A DNA stretch of 64,000 nt. Source: Phallusia mammillata (lineage: Eukaryota). The stretch lies in assembly GCA_965637545.1 (NCBI GenBank), contig OZ281500.1, forward strand, positions 3,782,001-3,846,000. The letters are read 5' to 3'. The notes below the pieces were generated by a model that was not told where the DNA came from, searched no databases, and worked only from the letters and a program-made list of their open reading frames with translations. This document shows, piece after piece, positions 12,588 through 25,766 of the stretch. Each line of letters starts with the position of its first letter. Position 1 is the first letter of the stretch. Position numbers and translations under genes: made by a program.

Positions 12588-14007
12588 AGTGGCAATGCTC
12601 TTTCAATAAATTGTCCCTCTTATCGTAAAGAAGAAATTGTGCTTTTATCACAATAGAAAAAGAAACAGTGTATTTATTGGGTTACAGATAGAACAGGACT
12701 CCTAATAGCAGAACTACAGTGGATCTTTCTATTACTCTTTTCAGTTGTAGCGTTAAATAGTTTCATAAAGCATGTTTAAATGACCTTTTTACAAGCACCA
12801 GGTCATATGTTATTGTGGTTGTGGGATGAAGCAACATTATCTTTTAAGTTTGAAAACATACTGAAATCAAAATTTGACCATAAATTGGTAAATAAGTGGC
12901 AGACATGTTTTTTGTAGTGCTGTAATAAGTTAATATTTTCGTGTTAACCCACCGTAGAGCTGCTAACGCAAGAACACAACGGCACATCACTCCTAGTAAT
13001 TTCCGATAGGTGGCGCAACGGAACATAGGGTTTGCAGTAGCAATAATTGCTGAGTCAGCCTTAACCCACTCCACAAACGTAATTTACATATTTTCAAATC
13101 ACAGGTTGACTTTGCTGGGTTGCATTAAGCTCGCAAGTGCTAACTATAATTTTATGGTTTCCAAGGTGCAATAAAAAGTTGCAAATATCGGCAGAAAGGC
13201 TATTTACGCCCGGATTATATGTTGAAATTTAAGTTTTCTATGCTGGGTTTGATCAAAACCCTAAAAGCACCTGCCTTTTAGTCTAAAAGCTGTACTAAAG
13301 CGAATATTCAAGGTCAAGGACGCGAAGTAATTTATTCATGTTTAATTGCTAAGTCCATTCTGGAGTAGAAAGCATGGTAAAAGTCAAAGAGAAAGGTTTT
13401 GAAAACGTTTAACCGAGTAAATCAAAGCAAAACGAACAAGGATAAATAAAAGAAAACCAACGTCCTTAAAACGCAACAAAGAAAAGAACATCACCCCTAA
13501 GTGGGGGGCATTTTAAGTCAAAGGTATTATAGTGTGTCAAGTCGTAGCCATGATGCATTACAAAGGTCATGATAAAAATTTTAAAAAAGGTTTCTAAATC
13601 TAGGCCTCGCCACGATTTAACATTTTGTGTGGCTTGATTTTGACATAGAGAGACCGAACATTTGACAAACATTGACGGGACTTATGGTTTGAACATGTTA
13701 AAAAACGAACATTTTCACAGTTAAAAGCAAGGTTTTTTCTTAAAATCGCAATCATCTCACTATAGTGATTGATAAAAATCTTTTCAGGACCACGTCGCAT
13801 TCTGCACAATGAACAATTAAAAACACTCTTGTAAAAACAAATCGAAGGGCAGTGTGGTGTAGCATTCAGCTCTATAGGGTGGAGAAATAGACTATGACCT
13901 GGCGAACAAGCCAAAACCCATGGAAAACCGCGACTGAAAAAACAGAATTGGAAACCAAGCGTGGTGAACTTTTGGTACCATTAAGTTACATCTTTCTGGA
14001 ATGAATT

Positions 14008-16295
14008 TCAACATTCTTCAGTGGAGTCAGCGTCCATTGCGTCAAATGGGAACGAAGTCGGTGCTGTGATTTTTGATACACAATCGTACTTTGCATCCTT
14101 GTATTTTTCACGCAGCGCCTGTTGTGGATGGCTTTCAGCGGCAGTGAAGATCTCACTTAAACGCTTTATGCATGGTACAAGGTCCTGGAGTTCATACTGC
14201 ATGTAGTGTTCCATTGTTTCATCCTGAAATATAAATTTTGGCTTTTAACTTTATTGTTTATTTGAATTTAGCAAAAAGTTTATGCAAGTAAAACTGTTAT
14301 GGTTGTCATATCCAAAAACTAGCTATAAAGCAGCATCAGCAAGCCTGTTTTAACAAAAGACTATAGTTACTTCTGACCATTGGCGACGGCGTATTGTTTT
14401 ACTACTGATAAACCTTTCGAAATAGTCATCAACATTACTGCAACCAAATTGCCAAACAGTACAGTAAGTAAGCTGACTAAGTTTAGTTTTGTGGGGGTAT
14501 AAATAAACTTTTTCTATTAAAATTGTTGCTTACCCAAACTTTTCCATTAACTGTGTAGCTTGCGAGACACACTGCTGAGGCAGCCATCATAGAAGGCAAA
14601 TACTGTATGCAGTCGAATTCAACCAAAGCCAATTCACATAAGTACTGCAAGAAAACAAGTGTTAAAAATGTACATAAGTGCAGAAGAGATATAGAAATTT
14701 AAGTGCTTACCTGTGCCAGGAATTCTGTTTTCTTGTCGGCACCTGCAGCTTTCAGGTAGCGTTTGAGGTACTGGTTTGATGTGGGGACAGCAACATCGAA
14801 GTTTAACACTTTAAGAATGAGATGCTCCATGCGAAGAACTTGTCGTTTTGTGTATGTATCGTCGGTGATGTACACAAACTCACCAACATCTGGGGGGTAA
14901 ATCTCTTCAAATTTCCTATAAATGAGAAAGATGTTTATACCTTTTAGTTTGCTTTGAACCACTGTATTATGTTAAGCCATTTGTTGCTATTGAAAACATT
15001 AAGTTAAATAAAACTTACGCTGCAAGAAACATGGCAGCAGCTCCAACAAGCTGGAGTTTTCCTCTCAATACTGCCATTTGTGACAAGAATCTATCAATGT
15101 AATTGACGGCGAGATGTGTTGTTTCTGTGTGGAGCTTGTACTCATCTGCCACCTCAACAAGCCAATCGACCAGGATAGCACGCATTCCAGCAGTTATGTC
15201 TTGCTGCTTTCGCATGTAGTTGGTTTTTGGTCGATGGAGTTGCTGAAAAATGATCAAATGTTATTTGTTTGTAACATGCAGCCAATTATTTCAACAGGCT
15301 GTACACAATATATACCTCTGCTTGCCGTAAATGTTGGAATATTTCTGTGGCATATTCTGACAGGCCATAAACTCCAGCATCTGCATCTATGTCGAAAATG
15401 TTTAACCTCTCATCATCAGCTGAATCCAATACCATGGGGGAATCTGAAAATCAAAAAAAAATTAAAAAATTCACTAAACTAAGCATAAAAGGTAAGGAAA
15501 ACCAGTGAATTACAGAAATTGTCCCAAACCAACCCATTACAGATAGTACGAAAAAGGTTCAGTTTAGTAAATAAAAGACCGATAAATAATCCTAAAAAAT
15601 TTACAAAGGAGCCAGCTATAATCAAATAACATGTTATTTACCTGCTGATCTAATTGAAATGTCATTAGTGCTAACAGTTGACAAGGGTACTCTCAGGGAT
15701 GGAAGTGTAGTAAGAGCAGGGTGAAGTTGTGAAGAAGATGCAATAGATGGTAAAGTTTCAGTTTTCGACTTTGTTGGCTTCACGTCTTTTGAAGACTCAT
15801 CAAAAATCTTCATAAAACATAATGGAATAAATTAGCAAATTACTTTATTGGCTTTATGTCTTTTAAATTCTCATCAAATATCTTTATAAAACATAATAGA
15901 ATATGTTAGCAAATTATTCTTTAATGAAAAACAGTTTCTCATACCTTGAAAGTTTGTGTAGTGGATTTTGTGACATTGGTTTGTGATGGTGCAGTAAAGA
16001 AACCTTCTGTTGTGCCATTCTGCACAATAAATGAATAAGTGTTACAAATTTCTCATTACCAAAACAAATATAACCCTATTTTACCAAAATGCATAAAAAT
16101 AAAACTACTGACCTGTTTAGCAGCACGGAAGGGTTGTACTCTTCCTGTTGCTGTGTTTTGGTTTAATGCACCAAGAACAGCCCTCTGCGGAATACTGGTT
16201 TGGGACTTTTGGCCATTGTTGGTGTTAAACTGTTTCTGCCGCAGTTCTCCATGTGTTGCTTGGTTTGTTCGGTTTGCAAGGCCGTTGGTTGCCAT
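14008..16295 (-). CDS. CCNA: Cyclin A, 8 coding exons
   Basis: N-terminal D-box RAVLGALN; cyclin box [35 protein letters not shown]; KFEEIYPP; YLCELAL; QQALREKYK. Exons at about 16295-16092, 16020-15945, 15808-15641, 15444-15310, 15245-15017, 14914-14711, 14645-14532 and 14224-14008. Confidence 0.97.
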
Positions 16296-16521
16296 TTTCT
16301 CAGCTTTTCTTGTAGGTTGGAGTTGAAAGATGCCTTTAAAAGTTAGGTCTGTAAAAATAATGAAGAGTTGTTTAAATAATTTAATGCTAACAGAAAAAGT
16401 ACACAATTAAAGACTGAACATAAACTAATTTTTTTACACAAAATTTAACTTACTACACACTTTCTACTTAACGTATAAAGTGTTAATCACAGAAGCAAAG
16501 AGCCGGCTTAAAACAACTTAC

Positions 16522-16930
16522 TGAGGAAGGTATCTTTCCTTAAGGTGAGACAACTTCAACTGACTAGCTGGACAATATTCCAGCGTCTTGTGCTACGTTT
16601 CTTTAGCTGCCAACGTGTCAAGGAATTCCAATCACCAATCTTAAATTCCACGCTTTGCGCTTGATTACTAAAAACTGCTAATGGGTGTACTTCGTGCCTT
16701 CCTTGCCAAGCATCCCTCTTTACCTTAGGCACTGCAAATGCAACTGATGATTGGCAAGCTTGCCTTCCAACCTTACAATCTAACTGTGATGATATTGTGC
16801 CTTGGTGATAAACATTCGGGTCACCGGGACGACGAGGCACAAGCTTGATTGTTTTAATGGCGTTCTACGCAATGCTTGGAACTCAACCGATGACGCCGCG
16901 AACGTAAAATTGAAAAGAATTTGGACGCGT
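16522..16930 (-). other. Putative long 5' leader exon of cyclin A
   Basis: Strong donor CA|GTAAGT at 16522/16521 upstream of the acceptor TTTTTACAG| at 16348; GC-richer than the surrounding introns; contains only two ATGs, both opening short uORFs. Confidence 0.6.
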
Positions 16931-17000
16931 TTTTTGAATGAGGCGTTTTAAATACCCCGCTAGGACGCTGACCAATGAGAACTGCGCATTTAATCACGTG
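16925..17000 (-). promoter_or_regulatory. Candidate cyclin A core promoter: CHR-like TTTGAA next to CGCG, TATA-like TATTTAAA, CCAAT box, E-box
   Basis: ACGCGTTTTTTGAA at 16925-16938, TTTAAATA at 16947-16954, CCAAT at 16972-16976 and CACGTG near 16997. CDE/CHR plus NF-Y sites are the known architecture of G2/M cyclin promoters. Confidence 0.5.
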
Positions 17001-20000
17001 CCCGAGTCAGCGCCTTCTCTCCCTCCCGCCTTGGAGCTATTTCTCTTTTCTCGGCAAGCTGGCGCTAAAAGAGCAAAAAGAAACAACGCGCAACGAGGCC
17101 GCCTGTTTGAACGCTTTTTGCCCGCGCGATACGAATTTGCAAGTGGTCAAAAACGGGATTGATAACCTTCGGGGTATTTTGGCAAGCTGGATTGTCTGGC
17201 AAGCTGTTCTTAATTGGTACTGTTAAAATAAAGCCATGTTACTACGGTGTGCAGTGCATTTTTGCAGCTTTCAACGTTGTATAAAACTTTTTAAAGTTGT
17301 CCATATTCTTGAAAGCGTGTTTCGCGTCTTTAAGCCAACCGGAACGCAATTGCTTTAGGATAAGAAGTCATTGACCCAAATGTGATTTGGCCGTGAAGGG
17401 ACGCACCAAATTTAACTCCAAAAATAAACACAAAAACACTTAATTTTGTCGCTTTAAACATGTCCAAGTTTTACGTATTTTTAGTTTGTTACCTTTTGTG
17501 TTTGACAAAATTTACCCTTAATTTGTTTTCAGATGTAAAAATACAGACAGAAAGCAGATGTATAAAAATATGTTGTTGTTTTTATCGCACATGTAGGCTA
17601 GGCTACCCCAATTTAGTTTTTAAAAGTTGTGTTGTGACGGTATATTAAAAAGGTCTAATTTTGACCCTCAGCGTGGATTGTAGGCTTGGGGCATAAATCG
17701 CACCAACTTTACTAAAATGATCCTGGAATTTGCTTTGTCACAAGTCTGGTCGTGTCGTTTGTTAACCAGCAGTCAGCCCTTTGGGCGTATGAGCTTAATC
17801 CAACCGAACCCTTTGTGATTCGCCATGACTATTGTCATCTCTCGGCTTCTGTTTCATAGTCGTTGTTTAACGGCAGTTTAAATGTCCCGGTAAGGGTGGT
17901 GTCCCAGGAAACTAACGTATTGTGGTTCTGGGAAGGTGACATAACGTGCCGGGATTAGTCTGGTCGCCGTTGTTTGGGTAAATAAACTTGTTTGGAGACG
18001 CGACGCGGTGTGTCATATAGCTTGGGCGCGAAATTTGATTTCTTGCCAGCACTATCAGCTGATTTGTCCTTCCTCGGCGTTGCTTGTGACGTCACTAAAC
18101 GAGCGTGGTGACGCGTTGTTTCACGGTGGGGATCGATGCGCGGTTTAAAAGTGGGGGACGCAAAACATATTTGTACGACGCTATCTGCGCAGCAAAAAAC
18201 CTGCCACCATACACGGTTCATCAATAAATCACTCAGAGTGCCATTTTTCTTTCACCACATGCGCGTACTAAACCAGCTTGGAGCTATTTCCACAATGTTA
18301 GTGTTAACCCTTTGTTTGTAGTTTCGCGTGGTTCAAAAATTCTGCATGTCAAAACTTGCATGTAGGCTGCTCCGCTTGCCTTGCAGCAACTGGCAAAGTA
18401 ATATTGACATAGTGGTAAAAGTCGATGGCAATAATCTTTACAAAAATTTTAATTGATCTACTGGTTCCCAGCAGCATAGATTTACCCGAACAAAGAATTT
18501 GGACACGACAGGCTATTGACCTAATACAAATTGCTCCCCAGGCCCCAACGGAAAGACAAAAGCCCGATGTTCAATGCCCAGGTCAATTACTTTTTGTCAA
18601 CAAATCTTATAGGAGTTCGTTGACTGGCTGGAGGTTTGTCGAAACGAACCTTGGTGTTCTCAGCACATCCGGGAAATGATCCAATTATCGAGTAGAGATT
18701 GGAGTTGCACGGTTAGGACTTAAATATTATAAGAGTAGGAAATACTACTTAAGTGGACTGATAAAAAATCTACTGCAATCTACAAAAATACACGAACAAT
18801 ACTACATTTTGTATCACGTCTTGTACATCTACAAGAAACACTGTATTGATATAGCTTAGTATCAACTGAATAATTTTGTTTTAGTCTAAGGTTTTAGAGA
18901 TGGTATTTAAGAAAATGTGCTACTTTTGACTGTTTTTTATTGTTTGTACGTTTCGCAACCTGATGATAAAAACTCTTGGAGGATTTTATATGTCTACATG
19001 AAATTCGTTACCCCAATTGTAACTTGTATAGCCTATATAGTCATTTAAGCAATCATCAATGCTAAAAAACATGGGCCATTCAAGCAATTGTCAATTTTCG
19101 TGTGAACAGCCAAACCAAGCAGGTGTAAATTTGTTTATCTCACATAAAAATCAGCGAATCGCGACGCCGGCAATTTGAATATCTGTCACGGACTGTGTAT
19201 CACGTGGTCCGAAATCAAACAAATGCGACGCGTTCTAATAACGGGACGCGCGGCGTGGGTTGCTCGGCCCGTCGCGTTTGTGGAACATTGAACAATGCAC
19301 AACTCGTAAATCTGGAACCGCGTCGCCGCTTGTTTGTTCTTGGGAGAATCGACTATTTTGAAAAAAAAAACGCTGGTTTGAAACCTTGAAGTGAACTCTT
19401 TGGCGCTTTGCCAAATCTGTATTGATGATTTTTTCACCACTATACCAAACTGCGACTTACAACAACAAATCCGGCAAAAAAAGCCGTAAAAAACTGCCTA
19501 AATAAAATTGTTAAAGGGTGTTCTTTCGAACGCAACACCTAATGGTAGGAAAATGAAACTTTTGTCATTTCAATATGTTATCACCAATATGGTTTGCTCG
19601 AACGCTGGTGGTTACTATGTCGTGTGTCTGCAAGACCCAATTCTCTTGTTTACTGAATAAAAACTTAAGACTGGGCTTAAATGAATTATAGGATTTACAG
19701 ATTAAATACTAAATCTCATCTTCAAAAATGTATTCCAACCAATTAAATATTCAGGATTTGTTTCAGCATTTAGGGTAAACTAAAACACCACAATGGAAAT
19801 AAGGTTGTTCAGCCCCCAACCAATTATTATTTTATCTGTTTGGGTTATTAAAGCTACCTTATTAGTACGTGATACAAAAATGCACAGTTTTGCAGTCACT
19901 CGAAATTTATGACATGACTTATTCCAGTGTCTTTTTACCACAAGCTGATAGCAAAAACATGCAACCACCAAAGGCAAACGCTTGTTTCGCAAGGAGATAG

Positions 20001-20898
20001 AAAATGGAGTTAAATTAGTAAATAGCTATAACGGGTAAACACTATATTGTTTCTTACAGACTTGTTAAATGAAATCACCCCTGCATCAAGCAATTAACGT
20101 ACAAAGAGATAATCGCCGCCGTCGCCATGGGAAGGCAGCCCAATCAAGCGCCGACGCTTTGATGACGCAGTAGACGCCATTATGACGTCACATTTTGTTT
20201 GTGGTTCACGCGGAGTGTCACCTTTTCATTGATTGAACGCGAGGCTCGAGGTTTAGCAAGTAGCCGTCAGTGCAAAAGACAGGTGATTATTAGGATCTAT
20301 TATTTGGATGGAACTAAAATTAAAGGATGTGTGAGAATAAAAATGCTATTATCGGAATTTGGACGATGCAACGCTGAAAATGGCGTGAAAGGATCACTTG
20401 TGGTATATGGGGCAGTAGGGTAGTTGGTGGTAATTATCAAACAACAATTCGACAAAATCGCAAGCGTAAGTTTTGAGAACGCTTGATTAATAGCGAACAC
20501 AGCGAACGCTTGATTAATAAACGCATGGTATAACAACAAACAAAAATACAGCAAAAGTTTTCATTTTTTTAAATCCAAATTTGCCGTTTTTGTCCTTTTT
20601 GAAAGATACGGTATTGATAGATTGGTTGCCCGATTTTTCAGTTCAAACTAATTTCTAAAAACTTCAGTCAACAACTGCGCAACGTCGTTTACATGCTGCC
20701 AAAGAGGTTAAAACATGAAATTGTTCTGCTATTAAAAGATGAGGATATATTCTTAAAATACGGCACGCAAGCATGATTTTCCAGACATAACTTAGCCTTG
20801 CATAACAATTGGAACGCCCAGTAACTGTGCATCGTTTTCAACCACCAGTCGAACCCCAAACATCAACAAATGCAATCTCCAACACAAATAACTCCAAG

Positions 20899-23800
20899 TC
20901 AGACATCATTGGTTTTTGAGAAATCGTTGCTTTGTGGTGTTATCGAAACAGTATTTATTTGTGTTGATAGTCTATCTTCATCAGAAAGGACTGCAGGTTC
21001 AGAACATGTCGATACGACGTTAGTTGAAATCTGACTGCTCGATGCCGCCACCACGTGGCCAAGACCATCCTCTTTGGCTAACTGTGAAGCAGATTTGAGT
21101 TCACAGGCGTGTTTGTAAGGTGGATTAATTGGACCTTGCGTCGGAGGAAGGTATTTGTATTCCTTACCGCCTTCCAGCTAAAAATCATAGATTTTGGGTT
21201 AAATTACAGAACACACAAAATCATAAATATAAATCAAACCTTTGACTTTACATCATACCAATCATTATTCATAAATAAAAATAAGGCAAAGGCATTTCTT
21301 GCATTAAAAAATGTAAGCAAAAACCTAATGTATTAGGTAAAGACATGTGTTGTGTAGTTTGCCTGTTGCCTTAGGCTTGATCTGTTAAAAATAACTTTAC
21401 TACTGCAACAATTTGCAGTAGTACACATAATGAGGACATGCTTTCGTTTCAAATCACAACTACTTACATTTCACTTTGTACAAACTTTTTACATACTAAG
21501 GGGTACTAAGTGTAAAGCAATATTAACCACATTAAAAAAAACAGTTCTAACTTCTAACAATTAAATCTATAAATTTAAAAGCATCAAACTATTTACATTT
21601 TGCAACATGATTGGTCAAAGTAAAAAAATAAGCAAATAACAACATTTGACATTGACTTCCAAAGAAACTTAATTAAGAACAAAATTGCCATTAAAGTTGT
21701 ACAAGCATCTGAACAATAAAGTAAAAGCATTTTATGCAACTTTAATGGCAATAATGTTTAGTAAAATGACAGCACAATGTCACCATTGCTCCATAATGTA
21801 AAAATGTTAAAAATACATTTACCGTTATTGTTGGTGTTAGAATATACCTGTAAAGGATAAGTTTTATCTGAATCATATCCACTCAAATCACCACATGCAA
21901 GAAATGGTGCAATAACACGATTTGGTCCCTCCAGTTGATTGCTATACAAGTCATAGTCCATGTCAAGAAGCGGGTTAGACATATTTGGTATGTAGTCTTC
22001 AGGTGGATCGTAACCCTCACATACAACAAATGCCTCTGCAAAAGGCAAGTTATAAAAAAATTAAAGCTATTTTAAATGTGAAAAACTTTCCTAATTTTGT
22101 TCGGACATTAAACACAATGGATTAACAAAGAGTTTTCATTTCGCCTGGTGCCTAACATGTTGTTGCTACTAGCAAACACACTAAAACAACCACCAAGCCG
22201 AACATAGCTGTGCAAAATAGCTGTTAAAGCATAACAATATGCATGAAATAAGGGGGCACAATTAATATGTTACAGATAAAGACACTGGCCAAATTGTTCA
22301 TGCCAATCAAAGATTGTGACACACATATAAATCACATATCAACAGGCTTCCAAAATCTGTTTAATTAAAGACAACCACTACGCATTTTCAAGCAATGTAG
22401 GATAGAGACAAGTAGTATTAACTGAATTCCACAATTAAAAAATGAAAAATTGAGTCAGGTAATAGCCAAAGTGACATTAAGGCTGAAAACTAAAAGCGGA
22501 TAATTATGACCGAATTTACCAATGCTTGAGTTTCTTGAACTTCTTGGTTTGGCACATGTGACTTTGTCAAAAAATAACCTCAGCTGTGCATAGAGTAAGG
22601 AAACATCTTTTCCTGAAATTTAAGGTTTTTGTGTAAGGTTGTTTACAGATTCTCTAGCTCTTGCTTTACTTTTTTACAAAGTCTGCCTTTCAGGGCCCTA
22701 ATCTGGATATAGCAAAAAAAAAAAAAAAAAAGTTATTCAAAAAATTTAAACAAACATTTCCAATCACTATGATAAGGACATATTTTCCTGACTGTTGAAA
22801 AATGGTAATACCCAATGTGGCCATTCGTAAATACTCTTACAAACAAATAAAAACATTTCAATTAGTTCACAGTTACCAATAACACATTTAAATTAGTTTA
22901 CCAAAACTGAAGCAATATATTTGAACTAACCTCTGAATATTTTCGCAACAAATGTTCCACCGTTTTTTAGAACATGAGTAGTAATATTCAGTGCCTGTGT
23001 ACAAGGAAAAATAAGTTTTACTTAAACTACAACTTTTAGACAACAGCTATGTCAAAAACTTACTGCAAGTAAAAGTTGTGCTTGAATATACTCATCAATA
23101 TCATGTAGACCTGTCACTGCAAAAAAGTTTTTTTTTAAGAAACTGGAATAGTGAAATTACTGTTAAACCCATAATTCCAGTGGTGGGATTCAGCCCATTC
23201 GCATCGGTTCTATAGAACCGTCTCACAAAATTGTATGAGAACAGCAAACCGGTTAGCATTACTGGTTACTGTCAATGGACTTTTTGTAACAGAACCTGCT
23301 GAAAAAGATGACTTTTGTAATAGAACCGGCTGACAAAAAAATTGAATCCCACCACTGCATGACACCACATACCAAATACCTCTGACAAAATTTTTGTCAA
23401 AATGCCTAAAGAGTTTAATCAAAAAGAAACAGCCCTTTTAACATATATCTTTTTAAAACAGTGTTTTTTAACTTGTGAGTCGCACACAAATGAATCGCAC
23501 ACAACCCTTGCAGGGGTAGTTTGCCATGTTACTGTCGATTTCAATAAAAAATATTTATCAGCAACATTTTTTGATGTGCTATGCACAAGATAATTGACCC
23601 AAAGCAATTGTTACAGTGCAATGTGTACAAATGAAAGTCAAAACAGGCAGTAAAATTGATGTGAGAAATTTGAAGCAACTAGCAAACTGGGGTCATCAGC
23701 TACATCGGGTTGCTAAAATATGCCGGAGAATGAAAATGGTTGAAAACCACTGTTTAAAAGGTCAGTAACATAAACAATATCCAATATCACATTGAAAAAA

Positions 23801-25010
23801 GATTAGGACATCCTAATTTAAGTGTATCATACAATTGCAAAACAATTTACCATCTGGAGCTCCATCACAAACCACCAAGTCAGCAGGCTCTCCTTCAAAG
23901 TGAGAAATTATGCTTTCTGCAGTTGAGACCTGTTCAAATTGAAACATTGATACATCGAAGTTTTATCACAGTTATACTTGTACAATCTAGCAACTTTAGA
24001 CCGATTTTTCTGCTGGAGGCCGTTTTTATTTTTTTCTGAATATTTAGTTGGTATTAGCAACTATAAAAATGAATGTATTCTTTCCAGTCGAAAATGTTTG
24101 TACATTGATAATCACGATTATAATCACTTAAAAAATATTTTGTAAAAATAGTTTTATGTATAACTAAACATTAAGTCGTTGATCAGTATTTGACCAGACA
24201 AAACACCGCTGTTAGAGTATATTGGTTAGTGGTGATGCCAACATGCATACTTTTGGGGTTTTAATCCTGTTGGACTTTTTGTTTTATTTTTCAGACTGAG
24301 CAAAATCCTTAGGATTAGTTGCAGATTTCAAATTTGAAAAAAAATTACAGTCTCGAGCTAAAATGTGGTGATATTTTGCTGCTTATTGGATTGTTTGTAG
24401 TCTTTACAGTTTTAAAATAGATTTTGGATGGACAATATATGTGTACATACTTTTGTAATGTCGCCTTGGATTTGTATCACACCAGGCAGTGGAGCCATTG
24501 CCTGTAAATCAACAGCAACAATTTTGGCATCACTTTTGCCATTATCTGTAGGTCTCCTGAAAAACAACAAAATAGTACTAAAAACGTTTTTGCAAACATA
24601 AAAGTGTTTACATATCAAACAACCTTAAAAATAATAACTACTTAACTTTAATGATCTTTAATTTCAATGGTATATTTAGCAGCAATTTTCAAAGACATTC
24701 TATTAAGAATATGGCACCTAAAGCTTATTGATCTGAGCCATGTTGTTTAGTGTTGAAAAAAAATAATATTATCTTTACTCACTTGATGTATACTATTTAT
24801 AAGATTTTAGTGCTACCTTAGTTTGCGTGTGAGCACTTGACTCCAGCTTCCAGGGGCTGCACAGAGATCAACTACCCTTTTAACTCCATCATTAAACAAG
24901 TTAAATTCTTCATCCAAATGCAACAGTTTAAAAGCACTTCTTGCTCTCCAACCTTCCTCCTTTGCCAAGCGGTAATAAATATCTCGTTTATCTTTTGAAG
25001 AGCGACCCAT
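20899..25010 (-). CDS. FTSJ1: tRNA (cytidine32/guanosine34-2'-O)-methyltransferase TRM7, 8 exons
   Basis: [105 protein letters not shown] last exon missing from the ORF track (21177-20899) reads [28 protein letters not shown]. Confidence 0.97.
23178..23357. mobile_element. hAT-like MITE in a FTSJ1 intron
   Basis: Perfect 15-bp TIR CAGTGGTGGGATTCA; internal AGAACCG repeats; TSD degraded (CATAATTC vs CATGACAC). Confidence 0.75.
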
Positions 25011-25766
25011 AACAAATATTCAAACTTCAATAGGTTTTAATCAATATCAATGAAGTTGGAAAGATTTGTGTGGGATTTGCAACACATGGAGTATATTCCC
25101 CTAACGGTAATTTCCCAACATAGAAATCACAAATGCTTATGCCATTACAAAGCTCCAGTTTGATAGGAATTGTGACGTGTTTTTCAAGGATATGAATGCT
25201 GTTTTAAAAGACTTGGATAAAGACAGCATATATTTAAAACAGGTGGCACCTGAAATGAAATAACTTCAATTTTGTCAATGTTGTAAATGAATACCTTTAC
25301 AAAACCTTTCTTAAAAAGACATGTCAGTCAATGATCTAATGGTCACTGCTTTGCACTTGGGAACCTTTTTTGTTTGGTTGTTGCATTGTATTTTTTACAT
25401 GTATTTTGAACGATTCGAACTCAAGGCAAATGTATCAACAATTAACAAGTCAAAATACCCTGAAGTGTACGATTTTCTGGGGGAAGGTAAGAAAGGTTTA
25501 ATCAAAAATCACAAGTGTGCAAACAAAGTGGCAAGCAAATGCTAGCATAAATTATATTTGAACTGGACCCTTCATACTTATACTGGTACAAAAATGATAT
25601 TATCAGTATTGTGTAAAATGTTGAAATAGAACAAAAAATTCAATAAAAGTATGTGTAACAATGCTAGGTAATTTTTTTACAAAGGTGAAACCAATATAAG
25701 ACACAATTTTCCCATATATATGATAACTTTGTTGAACTCAGTGTTTTTTTAAACATATTTTGTGGT

